Below the pieces are notes generated by a model that was not told where the DNA came from, did no database searches, and was given only the letters and a program-made list of their open reading frames with translations. 64,000 nt of DNA from Squalus acanthias (taxonomy: Eukaryota): the NCBI GenBank assembly GCA_030390025.1, contig CM059433.1, forward strand, positions 21,454,001-21,518,000, written 5' to 3'. Below are positions 40,713 to 53,222 of the stretch, one piece after another (position 1 is the stretch's first letter; every line of letters starts with the position of its first letter). Position numbers and translations under genes: made by a program.

Positions 40713-40919
40713 ATGTGAGAAGTCGCACAACACCAGGTTATAGTCCAACAGTTTTATTTGAAATCACAAGCTTTCGGAGCGCTGCTCCTTCGTCAGGTGA
40801 AGAAGGAGCAGCGCTCCGAAAGCTTGTGATTTCAAATAAAATTGTTGGACTGTAACCTGGTGTTGTGCGACTTCTCACATTTGTCCACCCCAGACCTACA
40901 CCGGCATCTCCACATCATG
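40713..40919. mobile_element. Fold-back insertion of a second Penelope-like family terminus with 12-bp TSD
   Basis: Inverted arms 40708-40791 and 40802-40885; TSD ACTTCCTGACAA at 40701-40712 and 40920-40931; hammerhead motif at the centre. Confidence 0.85.
40764..40800 (-). ncRNA. Minimal type I hammerhead ribozyme motif
   Basis: Minus strand reads UCAC-CUGACGA-A-GGAGC(AGC)GCUCC-GAAA-GCU-U-GUGA: intact core, 4-bp stem I, 5-bp stem II, palindromic AGCU. Confidence 0.75.
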
Positions 40920-41357
40920 ACTTCCTGACAAGGCAGACTATCAGAAGTGAGATTACTCAGACAACCATGAGTGGCCCTTGTTTTAGCAGACTGGTGCCCA
41001 TTCGTGCCGTCCCGATTATAAGCAAAAGAAGAAAAAAACTAACTCCATTTATACTAATCAATTTCAAAAATATGAAAATAGGAAACCTGCACAAATTGTT
41101 TTGCTCTTTTTACTTTTATGGAAATATTAAATAACCTGTTGTTCCGTTCTGGGTCCGGTACCTTGGATGTGTGTCAGACATTGGCTGTGCCACTCCCAAT
41201 CTACCGTCATGCTCACTGCGGCGTATTCTAATTATTTTTCCAGCAAATTGTGACGCAAATTTGCCACTGGAGGATCAGGGAGCACAACTGTTTAATTTAC
41301 GGTGTTTGTCATCAATATCACAGGAGCATAAACACCAATGAGATGAATGATCGGTTA

Positions 41358-41650
41358 CAAAAAGAAAATACTGCAGATGCTGGAAATCTGAAATAAAAAC
41401 AGAAAATGCTGGAGATACTCAGCAGGTCAGGCAGCATCTGTGAAGAGAGAAACAGAGTTAACGTTTCAGGTCGATGACCTTTCAGAAGAAGTTCTGCTCT
41501 TCTCTCCGACGGGAGTTAAAAATCTGTTCCATTTCCTGCTTTTTTCCAGTTCTGATGAAAGGTCATCGACCTGAAATGTTAACTCTGTTTCTCTCTTCAC
41601 AGATGCTGCCTGACCTGCTGAGTATCTCCAGCATTTTCTGTTTTTATTTT
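41358..41650. mobile_element. Fold-back Penelope-terminus insertion (same family as 17401) with 15-bp TSD
   Basis: Arms ~41391-41484 and ~41555-41649; TSD ATGAATGATC(G/A)GTTA at 41343-41357 and 41651-41665. Confidence 0.9.
41548..41584 (+). ncRNA. Minimal hammerhead ribozyme motif (C-to-T change in the stem III palindrome)
   Basis: AGUU-CUGAUGA-A-AGGUC(AUC)GACCU-GAAA-UGU-U-AACU. Confidence 0.6.
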
Positions 41651-42149
41651 ATGAATGATCAGTTAGTTTGTTTTGATGGTGTTGGTTGAAGGAAGAATCT
41701 GTGTGTAATCGTACTACCGGTGCAATTACCCACAGATCCACATCATATCCACTCCTTACAGCTCATGTATTGAAGCTGATGATATGGTGTTCATAATCAC
41801 CCTGGCGAAGACCAGCTAATTCAGTATGGGCCTGAGATCCAACGTGAGGCCTTCCTTGTCGGTAGAGCTCAATACCATGCCACAGATCCATTTACCCACT
41901 GAGCTTTTGGGTGGATGCGAGTACATTGAAATTTAAACCCATTTTCCATTCTTATTACTGTCAAGCGTTTTTCATCTTTTATGTCGGTTGACTTGACATT
42001 GATGCATCAATCTTTTGTTTTGAAATCTTCTCCTTTGCCTCTTCTGAGCTTTTCCAACTGTCCATCACTACCAGCTGAAAAGATAACCTGCTCCGGGCCT
42101 GTGTCTGCTAATCTGCTGGTCTCTTGAAGATGCACAATGGTGCTTCAAA

Positions 42150-42897
42150 GGCACAGAATTTGCTGGAGCCGGGCATCTCGCAGCGTGTCCCGTTAGACTT
42201 TTTCCCCTCACCCTTTCAGCTCGAAACATTTGAGCGCTGCAAATTGCTGGAAATGTGAGCTGCTAACAGCAAGGGCAACGGGGCATTTGGGATCTTAGTG
42301 AACAGCAGGATCAACAGCAGGACCCATGAGACACAAGGATAAGAGAAAGAAACAGAGGAACGACAGAGAAGGTAATAGGGTGAATTAGAGTCAATCAGGT
42401 GAAGAAAGAGAAATAAGGAGGTGGAAAGAAAGGATAGATTAAGAGAGAGAGAGAAAAAGAGACAAAAGAAAAGAAAGAAAAAAATGGAAAAATGTAATAT
42501 TTTTTAAATCACGAAGAACAATTTACTCTCTGCAGGAATAAGACACCACAGTTTCAACTGTTCCCTTTCTGAGCCTTTGAGGTCGAGTGGCATTGGAGGA
42601 ACATAAATCTCCTCATTAAAAGAGTTCTTACATTGTTAAGTACCAGTCCTAACCTTCTGCAGCGATTTTAATTGGTACTTAATGCTCAAATGCTGCAATT
42701 TCTTGAAACTCATGGGGAGGTTGAGGGCTGGTATTTTCCTGAGGCTAACAGCGGTGTGACACAAATCATCCAGCAATTTATGGCGATTCGCAACTTGCGG
42801 GGTAGCACTTCCTCGCCACAAGTTGCTGGACGATTTACATATTAATAACGGCAAGCGCATTTACACTTGCCATTATTTTGCCAACAAATTGTGTCTC
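42150..42897. mobile_element. Old Harbinger-like MITE (related to 1223-1990, inverted)
   Basis: Ends ggcacagaatttgctgg ... ccaacaaattgtgtc; purine-rich core complementary to the pyrimidine-rich core of 1223-1990. Confidence 0.6.
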
Positions 42898-43764
42898 TTT
42901 TCCAAATTGCCCTCCCTTCCTATGGAGAAGTGCTATTTGCTTCTTTGAGATTTCCGTGTGTTGGCAGGCTTGAGAATAGAAGACCACTCTGCAAGGAACA
43001 AACCGACATTCTATTAAAACAAATGATAGGCCTGGACCCAGATATTATGGAACCACACACATTGGAGTGACCCTTGCTTTTCGTGCGTCTTTTATTCTTT
43101 TCCAATTCTTTTTCCTGTAAAGCTGTCAGGGAGTTAGAGGTGGGCAGCACAAAAGCAGCTTCACAGCCAGAAAACAAAAAAAGAAATTCTGCACATCTCC
43201 ATCCTTTGGAGTAAATAGCTGTGCTGAAATGGGATTTGGGAGTACTGCTGCAAATTCTGCTGCTATCAGTGTGCGCAGCCGGTGGTAAATGTTTTCTTTT
43301 TCAACAGAACACAATATGCAATGAAAATATTAATAACAGCATGCTTTGAATATAGCAGAGAATCCCACAAGCAGCAGTTTAGTAATTGGATACAACAAGG
43401 CTGTAAAAAGAGAGTTCCACCCTCCTGACATAGCTTAAATGTATTTGTTGTTGTAATTTGAACTATGCTTCAATCATTCCCAATCCAAAACTGATAATCA
43501 TCCCTAGGTTGGGCAAGAGAGCAGATGCTGTTCATGGGGTGAATGAGCTAACTATTTTGCATCATTCTGATTGCTGACACATTGGAGACCACTTAATATT
43601 GTATCTGTGTCTCATTATCTGTATGAGTGTGGCAGACGGCTGCACTGCAGTAGAACTTCCACAATTATCATTATGCTTGGCTTGACAAGGGAGAGCCTAC
43701 TTATGTTATTATTAGAATTTCAAAGGAACTTTAAATTTAACTAAAATGATTAAACATACACATT

Positions 43765-44588
43765 GGGCTCGATTTTGTCAATGGGGACGTGATGGAGGCG
43801 GGACTCCCACTTTTTGGGTTGTAGTCCCGCCTCCATCGATTTGTGGCCAACCCACGCTACTTTCCCTTGATTGACCTTGTTAAGCCCGGCTCAGCAGGCC
43901 AATTAAGGGACACCTGGATACTGGTGATGTCAGCGATTGACATTTCATCTGTCAAGAGCTTTTGACAGATGAAATATCAGCGTTTGACAGCTCTGTGAAG
44001 CTGTCAAACACTGACAATCTGTCTTCTAACTTGAGTCCTTCTACTCAGACTCAGTTAGAGAGCTCTCCAGACCAGAAAGCAGAGGCTGCAGCTTTTGACA
44101 GCTCAGCGGCCATTCTGCTTTCTGTGCCGGTGAGCTGAGGGACTCCCGAGAACTGAAGGGAGGAAGCCTGGAGGAGAAAGTAAAGGTAAGTAAAACTTAT
44201 TAAAACACTTTACACACACCAAACACACTTACCTCTGCACTCATGCACCCATCACTCACCTGTACACCAGACATCTCGACCCCTCCAAGCTCTGCAGACC
44301 GACGGTCCGCCTTGCTAACTTGGCGTGGTTTGGAGCCGTCGGGCAGCCCACACTTCAGGGCTAAAAATAGGGATTAGCCAAAAAACTACCTGTTAACAGG
44401 CAGTTAATTGGCACTAATCCCCTTCCTGCCTCGGGGAGGCGGCTCCCAGCACAGGTCGGGTACCCGCCTCCTGGGACATTGGCATGGAGGCTGTTTGGGG
44501 CGGGATGGGTACGTGCCCCCCGAATCTGCAATTTTCCCACCACTCCCGCCTCCAAACCCGCCTCCACGGGGCTTGGAAATTCGAGCCC
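43765..44588. mobile_element. Harbinger-like MITE, family B
   Basis: TIR gggctcgatttt ... aaattcgagccc; TSD ATT/ATT. Confidence 0.88.
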
Positions 44589-44682
44589 ATTGACTTTTAC
44601 TTTTTTGCAATATGTCGGGAGGTAAACTTGATACTAATTCATTATTAGTTAAATGTTTTACTGTATTCTGCCAAAACTACTC

Positions 44683-45537
44683 GGGCTGGATTTTACCTGC
44701 CGAGACGAGTTGGGGGCAGGACTGCTGCCTTCCGGGTTCTAGTCCCATCCCCAGCGACGTCCAACACACAGACGCTATTTTCCCCTGATTGGCCTTGTTA
44801 AGCCCGCCCTACGGGCTTGCTGGCCAATTAAGGGAAAGCCGGAAGCAGATGACGTCAGTTGATGACGCTTCATCTGCCGATTTTCTTAAAGGGACATGGA
44901 CCATTTATTTTTGACAGATGGTTTGACAGTGTTTGGCAGCATTGAGGTGCTGTCAAACAGTGACAATCACTGTACAAAGGTGAGCCCTTGAACCCAGGCT
45001 CTCCAATGACCATCTCCTTAGGATAAAACAGATGGCAGCTGCAGGTGAGGGTACAGAAGTGATCTGTCACTTCTCCCAATGGGGTGAGGCCACATAAACA
45101 CTTCAAAGCTTGTCATCTACAGAAATATCTAAACACATTAAAAATGACTTTCCCAACATCTCCTTACCTCTGATACTCACCAGTGTCCCATTGCATCATT
45201 CACACCACTTCTGCAGCTGTCATCTATACACAAACATTACAACAGACCCACAGCACGCCTCACTTACCCTGGCAGGGTTCCCTGACATCGGGAAGCCCAC
45301 AGCAGAAGTCTCAAAATGGAAAAAAGCCTCTTAACTGCTTGTTAACTACCTGTTAACAGGCAGTTAAGTGCCTATAATGCACATCTCGCCGCTAGGAATC
45401 GGGTCCCTGCGCAAATCGGATACCTGACTCCCGGGAAGATTGGTTGGAGGTGGGTTGGGAGCGGGTTCGGGACCCGGTCCCATTCTTTTTGATTTTCCCA
45501 GCAGTCCCGCCTCCTCAGGGCTGGTAAAATCCAGCCC
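44683..45537. mobile_element. Harbinger-like MITE, family B2 (near-identical to 56179-57041)
   Basis: Perfect TIR gggctggattttacc ... ggtaaaatccagccc; TSD CTC/CTC. Confidence 0.9.
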
Positions 45538-45599
45538 CTCATGTCTGCAGTGGTTTAATGCACCTGCAGTGAACCAACTCGTGTTTTAGAACAAGGTTG

Positions 45600-45865
45600 T
45601 TTAGGGTGAAGCACTTCTTCACAGAAAGGGTAGTGGAAACCTGGAGCTCTCTCCCCCCCACATAGCTGTTGAGGATATGCCAATTGAAAATTTCAAAATG
45701 AGATTGGTAGTTTTTTGTTAGGCAAGGGTATTAAGGGTTCCAGAACTAAGGCGGGGAAATGGAGTTAAGATACAACAACAACTTGCACTTATATAGCACT
45801 TTTAAGGTAATAAAACAGCGGAACAGGCTCGAAGGGCTCAATGGCCTACTCCTGTTCATATGTCA
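45600..45865 (+). mobile_element. CR1 3' end with an L2-tail fragment inserted at ~45772-45815
   Basis: ttcttcacagaaagggtagtgg..gaacaggctcgaagggctcaatggcctactcctg; embedded caacaacttgcacttatatagcac. Confidence 0.7.
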
Positions 45866-45983
45866 TTACAGTATGACAGATCTCTCCACCATGACTGGAT
45901 CATAACAAAATTCCTTGGCTAAATGGTGTCTGTGTTGCTTCCACTTTTTAACCTGTAATTTCTAAAATAAAGGCAACACCCTA

Positions 45984-46627
45984 GAGGCGATATTAACCCT
46001 ACCCACCTGGCGGAAACCAGGTGGGCGGGCAGTTAAAAATCAACCGGGGTGACATACCCGCCAACGTCCTGCACTGAACCTGCTGCCTTGAAGTTTAACC
46101 TGCTCTTCTGGGCAAGGTCACATATGCAGGTTGGAGCCCGATGACATCATTGGGCCTTGACCACAGTTTTAAACGGTGGCCTGAGTGGGGACGCCATTCG
46201 GGCTTTCCCAGCAGGTGAAGAAGATCCAGAGGAGACCTCAGCAGGCAAGTTTTTAAAAACTTAAAAGAAATATATTCTTGTGAAACACGGAGAAGCAGGA
46301 GTGCTCCCCCAGACCCCACAAGGAATGTTGAGGCTTCTTCTTCCGCAGACCTTTTCCTGAACGGGAGACGATCCTGAAAACGCCTCCCCGCGACTTACCT
46401 TGTTCCAGCAACTAGTCCTTTGGTGCTGGCTGGCGGCCTCCTGTCGCACAAATATCCGCTCCCGTCCGCCAGCCAGCTGCTGTTTCCCACTTGTTTTGGG
46501 CGGCCAGCTGATTGGAGTCATGCAGAGGGGGCCCGGGGCTTAAAAAGCGCCTGGTCCTTATGCTTCGAAGGTCAAGGAAGTTTGGCGCTTGCTGCCCGAT
46601 TCCTTCTCCAGATTAATATCAGGGCTC
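45984..46627. mobile_element. Harbinger-like MITE
   Basis: Ends gaggcgatattaa ... ttaatatcagggctc; flanks CTA/CTA. Confidence 0.65.
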
Positions 46628-46885
46628 CTAGTTCTCCTCTATCTTATTAGCGTACGTCTTCCTTTTTATTTATATGTTGTTATGCTTCTTGTTACGTGCC
46701 ATAAATTGGGCCAGAAATATTTTAATACATTTTTAGCCTTAAGGCTGGTGAAAAGGCACGAGGATTGCTTCTCCATGAGGCATCGCATCAAGCTATCATA
46801 TTCAGCAAAGCAGCCAGAATATTTTTACAGTTTTAAAACTCTAAAAAACTGAAAATAGTCGAGATTTAAAAAAAGGAGGAGAATC

Positions 46886-47013
46886 GCACAACTTGCATTT
46901 ATACAATGCCCTGAACAGAGAGAAATGTCCCAAGGCCCTTTCAGGATCGTAAACAGAGAAAAAAAAATGACATCAAACCAAATAACGAGACATTAGGACA
47001 GGTGACCAAAAGC
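46886..47013 (-). mobile_element. L2 3' end fragment
   Basis: caacttgcattta..ttaggacaggtgaccaaaagc as in 25790-25920. Confidence 0.65.
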
Positions 47014-47133
47014 TGGCACTTGTAACAGAGCCTGATCACGTTTGTATACATTTAGATTAATGAATGGAAAATCGAGCATGCTCTGTCATGGGCATGTGAT
47101 CCTTCCCGCCTGACTTTCCTCTAGATATTCTAT

Positions 47134-47805
47134 GGGGGAGAATTTCGGTGGCGCCCCCTTTGGGGCACTAACTTCGCCGGGGTGCTACTTTTAGCGCCCC
47201 GAAAATGTTAGCGCCCTTGTGTCGTAAATTCAGTAGTAGCGCCCCAAGCAGGAGGTGGGGCGCAACTGGAAGCGCTCCACCTCCTTCCTGGGGCGTTACA
47301 ACTGAATATCGCAGCGCTAATTGTGCTTTATTAACAATAACTTTTACACAGTTATTTGGTATGTAAATCTAATGTAACAGGATACGTGCATCGGCACGTA
47401 GCACCGTGGTATTGCAGTCCTCCCTCCCCTGATTAAAGGGAAGGGACCTAGCGCTACGCGCACCATGGCCCTGCTGGACCACCGGGGAGCGGGGTGCCGG
47501 GAAAGCGGCCCGGCACTCGAGGAAAAAATGGCCACCCGACACCTGCCCTTTAACTTGCGCCACCGCAGCTGCAAAAATGCCACCCTGACCCTGTCGGACA
47601 TAACGTCCGGCGATAGGTCAGGGGGCGCGAAGTTTGTGGCCTGGGCGCCACGCATGGCGCTACCAGCTACCACCAGGCGGTAACCTCCCGCTGAATTTCA
47701 CGGGAGGCGTTAATGTTGCTGCACCCAGGCGCGAGGGGTTTTGCACCCTGTTAGCACCGCCCGGGAGGGCTAACGGGAGGCGCAAAGCAACCCAATTTTT
47801 CCTCT
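47134..47805. mobile_element. Harbinger-like MITE, family D
   Basis: TIR gggggagaattt ... aatttttcctct; TSD TAT/TAT; agcgcccc subterminal repeats. Confidence 0.87.
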
Positions 47806-49159
47806 TATATATCATGGGAATTATTGAACACCCCAGCATGAGAGAGAAATCTGCCCCTAGTGTCCAAGTGATGACAATGGAACTTTTCTGAAAACATTTA
47901 CATTCTTTATTGCATTATCAGTCTCTCAGTATGAATCAAAGGTTCACAGCTACATTCTGCCAAAAAAATAACTTTTTTATTGTTTGGGCAGAACTGAAGC
48001 AACTTTCATAATTATTAATTATTTTTGGAAATGTTTGAGGAGCATTAAGCCACTTTTTAAAGACAAAATGAGACATTTATCTTATGAGGTCACTATCCTG
48101 TTACATTAGATTTACATACCAAATAACTGTGTAAAAGTTATTGTTAATAAAGCACAATTCATTGATCCAGCCTTTGTCCTCAAACAAAATTATTCTTTCT
48201 CCTTTACTTTCCTGGGTAATGATTTCATGCTAGCATTTCCCAGTGGGAGATGCTTAGAAATTATTTCTCCCCATATTAAGAATTATAACGAACAGGAAAA
48301 GGCTGTTAGGTCCCCCAAGCCTACTCCTTTTTCAGTTATCTACACCACCAGAATAGGTAAACTCTAAAGGGTGTCCCAAGAACATTTTAGCCTAGATTTT
48401 ATGATTGTCATTATTTTAACACTACTGATATACTATTCGAAACAGAAGGGTTACTACCAGCATTAAACTAAAGTGATCACAATATTTAGGCCTTTGAGAC
48501 CCTGTATATAAATTCTATTTCAGAATCCAGATATCCAATCTGGTGCAAACCACATTCGATTGAATCCTCACAGCAATCATTGAACTTAGTATCCTTCAAA
48601 CAGGAGACGATACATCCAAACCCTGTGGGGAACAAACTATTCATGGGAAAGGCAATTTATATCAGTACTTACAGGCCCAGGTGATTGGTGCTTCTACTAG
48701 GGATGCTGCTTTGCAATTTGTCTTGCACGATCTCCACAATCAATTAAAGGTGCAACAGTTTACTCTTTCTGACCAATCAAGAGCTACAGCTACAGATTGC
48801 CTTTGTAGATAGCTGCAAAGCAACAGCAGCAAGTAATCCCACACATTAACCAAACTGTTTGGACAGCTGGCAATATGCAGTGCGTCAGGGCTATTCGCTG
48901 TGGCTTCCAAACAGGTATTTTTTTTTCCTCATGAAGTAATGAATTGCTCATCATGTTAGAAGGGGGAATAAAGAAAGAAAATGGGTTATTCAATAAAGAT
49001 GCTGAATTCTGGGATAATTTGACCTTGCACACAAACGTTTTTTCCCCTTTGGAAATGATCTGATTAAAGAAGGGAATTTTGAGTATGTAAGATATTGGTC
49101 ATTCATATGAATTCTGTTTTGAAGAGATGCTAAGACAATGTTTCTGCCAAATGCCCTGG

Positions 49160-49315
49160 TAAATGGATTGTAGTGAGTGATAGAAACTTGAGGGAAATAA
49201 ACTTGCAGAGCTACGGGGATAGCGCGGGGGAATGGGACTGACTCGATTGCTCTGCAGAGAGCCGGCACGGACTCGATGGGCCGAATGGCCTCCTTCTGTG
49301 CTGTTATGACTCTAT
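49160..49315 (+). mobile_element. CR1 3' end whose (tatgactc)n tail is split by the following transposon
   Basis: gggccgaatggcctccttctgtgctg..tatgactctat; tail resumes at 50293. Confidence 0.75.
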
Positions 49316-50292
49316 GGGGGCGATTTTCTGACCGGAGGAGGCGGGTTTGGAGGCGGGAAAGGCGGGAAAATCAGAATCGAAGAGGTCAGGTTTGGAACCC
49401 GCCTCCAACCCGCCTCCGCAGGATTTTGCCGGTGCCGGTTTTGGAGGTCGGGAAACGCTCCTGCCTCCAGCTGGCCATTGCACTATTAAAGATCCTTAAA
49501 TGCTCGTTAAGGGCCTCTCTAAGCCTATTTTGAGAGGCCCTCGTGATTTTTCCAGCATTTCGGCGTGATCCACACACCTCCCAAACCACACCAGGTAAAC
49601 CTGGCGGGTTGACTTGTGGGTGGCCTCCTCACTGCTGCAGGTCTAACAAGACATCATTTATTGCAGCAAGGATTACTTGCAGGTGCAATTGTGGCGGTGC
49701 CCGCAATGTGTAGCTGCCTAAGGCGAAAGAACAGATGGCATAACGCCAACATTTTGGCTTCAAATCATTTTAATGCTTTCCAACAGGGATGGCATTTCAT
49801 CAATACACAGAAACAGTCTCCCAATCTGCACACAGATCTGGAGGTTATATCCCTTGCCAGTTGTACTCACACAGCCTTGGTTTCCTTGGCAGGCCTCTTC
49901 CTCCGAGATGAGTGGAAGAGCACCTCCATGCTAGCTGTCACCCCCTCAAACAACATTTGCAGCGCCTCATCCGAGAGCCTCGGGTAGACCCTTGACTTGG
50001 AATTGGACATAATGGTTTCTCAAAAGATGTTGGAGGTGGTGCAGGAGACGCAGAAATGCTGTGAAATGAGCCAAGGGAGCAAGAAGCCATAAAATCAGAC
50101 TGGGAAAGTGCTGTCAACAGGCGAGTTTCAGTCCCAAAACACTAATTGAGCAAGGGCATCCCATACCTCTGAAATCAACTGGCCAATCTTGGGAAAATCG
50201 CAAATTTTTGAAACCTATCAGTGGAGGCGAGTTTCAAACCCACCCAAACTGAAACCCGCCTCCATCTCGCCTCCAGTGGGAAAATCGCCCCC
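49316..50292 (-). mobile_element. Internally deleted PIF/Harbinger element with Myb/SANT-like pseudogene remnant
   Basis: Perfect TIR gggggcgattttc ... gaaaatcgccccc; TSD TAT/TAT. Minus frame from 50010 reads MSNSKSRVYPRLSDEALQMLFEGVTASMEVLFHSSRRKRPAKETKAV*VQLARDITSRSV. Confidence 0.85.
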
Positions 50293-51683
50293 TATGACTC
50301 TATGATAATATCCCCTAATGCCAGTGGGAGTAGATTACTGTTTTAAATACTGCCACCACTTCAGGTTGGCATATTCCACTAGTCATGTTGATTTTTGTGA
50401 ATGAAATTATGCAAATTTCAGCCAGTTTAATAATGAAATTTGTAATCGTCATCTTCCAGTAAAGAGATAGTCAGACCAACTGTATATATTTTTGGTTTTG
50501 TTTTGTTTTCTATCACGGTATTTCTGTACCGCAATAGCACAGGTGGAGTAATGTCCCACCCAGGGCTGTAGGCAGTGAATTTAGAATTGTACATATCATT
50601 TCCAAATGCTGATTCATTTGGATTACTTTTAAACTATCAAATCGATAGATTTTCAATCTAAAGATCTATAGGAAAAAGTAAGTTTGTCTTTATTTATACT
50701 CAACAGAGCAACCAGATTATCACTTCTCCAAATACGACCTCAACCGTTACTTTCCCTTTCACAACAGCACTTTCCGATTTCACTTTCCCCCCCTCTAAGC
50801 CCTTGTTTTCAGAGGAACCCGCCTTTACTCTGGTGACCTCCCTGGCAGTCCCGGCTGCAGCTCCTACCTGTTGCTGCTGCTCTGCATAGCCGAGTGCACA
50901 GCCTAGTCCACCCAGGAATGAAGCAGCAGCTTCGGGTGTCGGTTGCAGCCGAGACCTGCAGTAAGCAGATCTTTAGGCAGCAATTCCTTGACGAGATCCC
51001 TTGAGGGAAGCCGATTTTCCACTCCAAGGTACAGAACATTTACAGATTTGCGTACAGTGTGTATACCTAGCCATGCCCCAGGTTCCATTGAAGACAGAGG
51101 TTTAGGTTACACTGATTACCAAGAAGCTGATGATATTGGCCATGATGAGTGGACTTTCTTCAGCACTTTGATGGCAGCACTGAACACAAATATAGAGAAT
51201 CAGGTGATAAGCCCCAGTCATTGTTGCTTAGTGCCAGTCCTTCAAACAAGGCGAATGTTAACACCTTACAGTGTTGCTAGTTTTACGGTTCCAACAGTGC
51301 TTTTGCCTCCCTCTGGTGGCACGTGCTCCTGGATACCACTGACAGAAAATAATTGTGCCCTCTTTGTTTTGATTGAGCTCTGCCGATCTACTGGCAAGGG
51401 AAGCAAGATTACGTTGTGTGCGAGAAAGGGAAGGATCATTTGACAGGATTACATGGTTTGCTTTTGAAGCACACAGAGGCATTTACCCTGTGAATTTTGT
51501 TAACAGTGGATCAGTACCTATAATATGCGCTGGACAATTTTATTTAAAACCGAAGGACTTTCAATGTGCCTTTGATGAGCAAACTATTTTCTCTCCGTAT
51601 TGTAAATGTTGCTTTCAATGCATAATTTCTTCAGGGGATAGCTTATAAAATGATCCCTTGCCCGAATCCAGATGTAACTCTAA

Positions 51684-52315
51684 GGGGGAAAATTGGGTCG
51701 CGCCCCCTTTGGGGCGCTAACTTCGCCGGGGCGCTACTTTTAGCACCCCGAAAAAGTTAGCGCCCCTGTGCCCGCATTTCACCGGTAGCGCCCCAAGTAG
51801 CACCCCGCCTCCCTCTTGGGGCGCTGCGAGGGAATATCGCGGCTCTACGTGCCGCAGCGCCACGCCCTGTGGCATGTCGCGCCGCGGTACTGCAGGCCTT
51901 CCTCCCCTTATTAAGGGGCCACCAGGGATCGGAGTGCCGGCAAAAGAGCCCGGCACTCAAGCGAAGTGCCGGGCTCACGGAGCACAGCTGGCACTCCGTG
52001 GGGGAGGCTGCACAGAAGGCTGGGGACGGCAAAGCGGGCAGGGGCTGGCAGGTGGCCAGCACCTTCCCTTTAATTTGCGCTGCCCCGGCCGCAGGTAGGC
52101 CCCCCTGACCCTGTCAGACATAGCGTCCGACGGTAAGTCAGGGGGCGCAAGTGGGGCACTGCGCAGGGCGCTAACGGTTACCGCCGCCATTAACCTCCCG
52201 CTGAATTTCGCGGGAGGCGTTAGCAGCGCCGCACCCAGGCGCTAGTTGCTTTGCGCCCCGTTCGCGCCCTCTTAGGGCGCGAACGGAAGGCGCAAATCAA
52301 CCAAATTTTTCCCCC
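51684..52315. mobile_element. Harbinger-like MITE, family D
   Basis: TIR gggggaaaatt ... aatttttccccc; TSD TAA/TAA. Confidence 0.9.
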
Positions 52316-53222
52316 TAAATGTAGGATGTGGATGATTAGTATTTCCATCAGATCATTAAAATGTTCCCTTCATCCATTGTTTGTCTATTAATTCCATTCG
52401 AGACTGTTGCTGGACAGAGCTTTCAAGTGAAGCATTCTTCAGCTGAGCTGCAAGTATTTAATAAACTGGGTACAATCTAATGACAGTGTTTTCATAAGAT
52501 AGCTCACAAACATTTCACTACGCATTTCAATAAAAATCATAACGTGGCTGTTGCGAATGCCTATATTAAATCTAATCAGCATAAAGAAGGCTCATTTTGC
52601 AATTAAACAATGACCCAACAGACTTGAGTTGGATTTATAAGGTTTTGCTAAGTATTGCTGCTAAGTCCAGAGTGTTTGTTGCTATGGTTACAGTTTCATA
52701 ACACACCAGCCTATATTCGTAGAACGGCTCACAGCATTGTATGATGAATTTTCCAAGCCTAGATTATGTCACCAAGTGTGGGTATGCAATCTCTCTAGGT
52801 ATTTAGTCTTTCAGTATCTCGAAATAAGTACAATCCCTCTTAATGTGATATCTGATTATGCCGAATCCTTGGAGCAATTTTTGCAACATTTTAAATGGTT
52901 TTCATAATTATGCACACTACTCAATGTCACTAGCGTGCTATTGTGGAAACCCTGAATGATGATCTTTGTCAGTTCGTGTTAAGTTTGGAACTTCCAACAC
53001 TTCTAATGAGGAAATTTGACATGTACTCGTGGGTCAAACCCCTCTTACAATTGGAACAGATCAATGGTCACAAGTTTAAAATGTGTTTCCATTATGTTCC
53101 CACAGCATCTTCAACTACAAGATTTTTTGTTAAGCGTGGTATTTGATTATAATCATGAGAATGGGAGACCAGAGCGGAACTGTTAAGAGATTATTTCATG
53201 TTGGGCTAATGTTTGTTTCGGA

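Noticed and set aside
17401..41650. Fold-back hairpins as miRNA genes, MITEs or CRISPR-like repeats
   Set aside because: The arms match the Penelope terminus at 6912, have long variable TSDs and asymmetric tails, and show no repeat-spacer array.
50800..51648. Cluster of overlapping ORFs (up to 166 aa) with an acceptor-like site at ~50812
   Set aside because: No recognisable domain and no match to the expected next CSMD exon.
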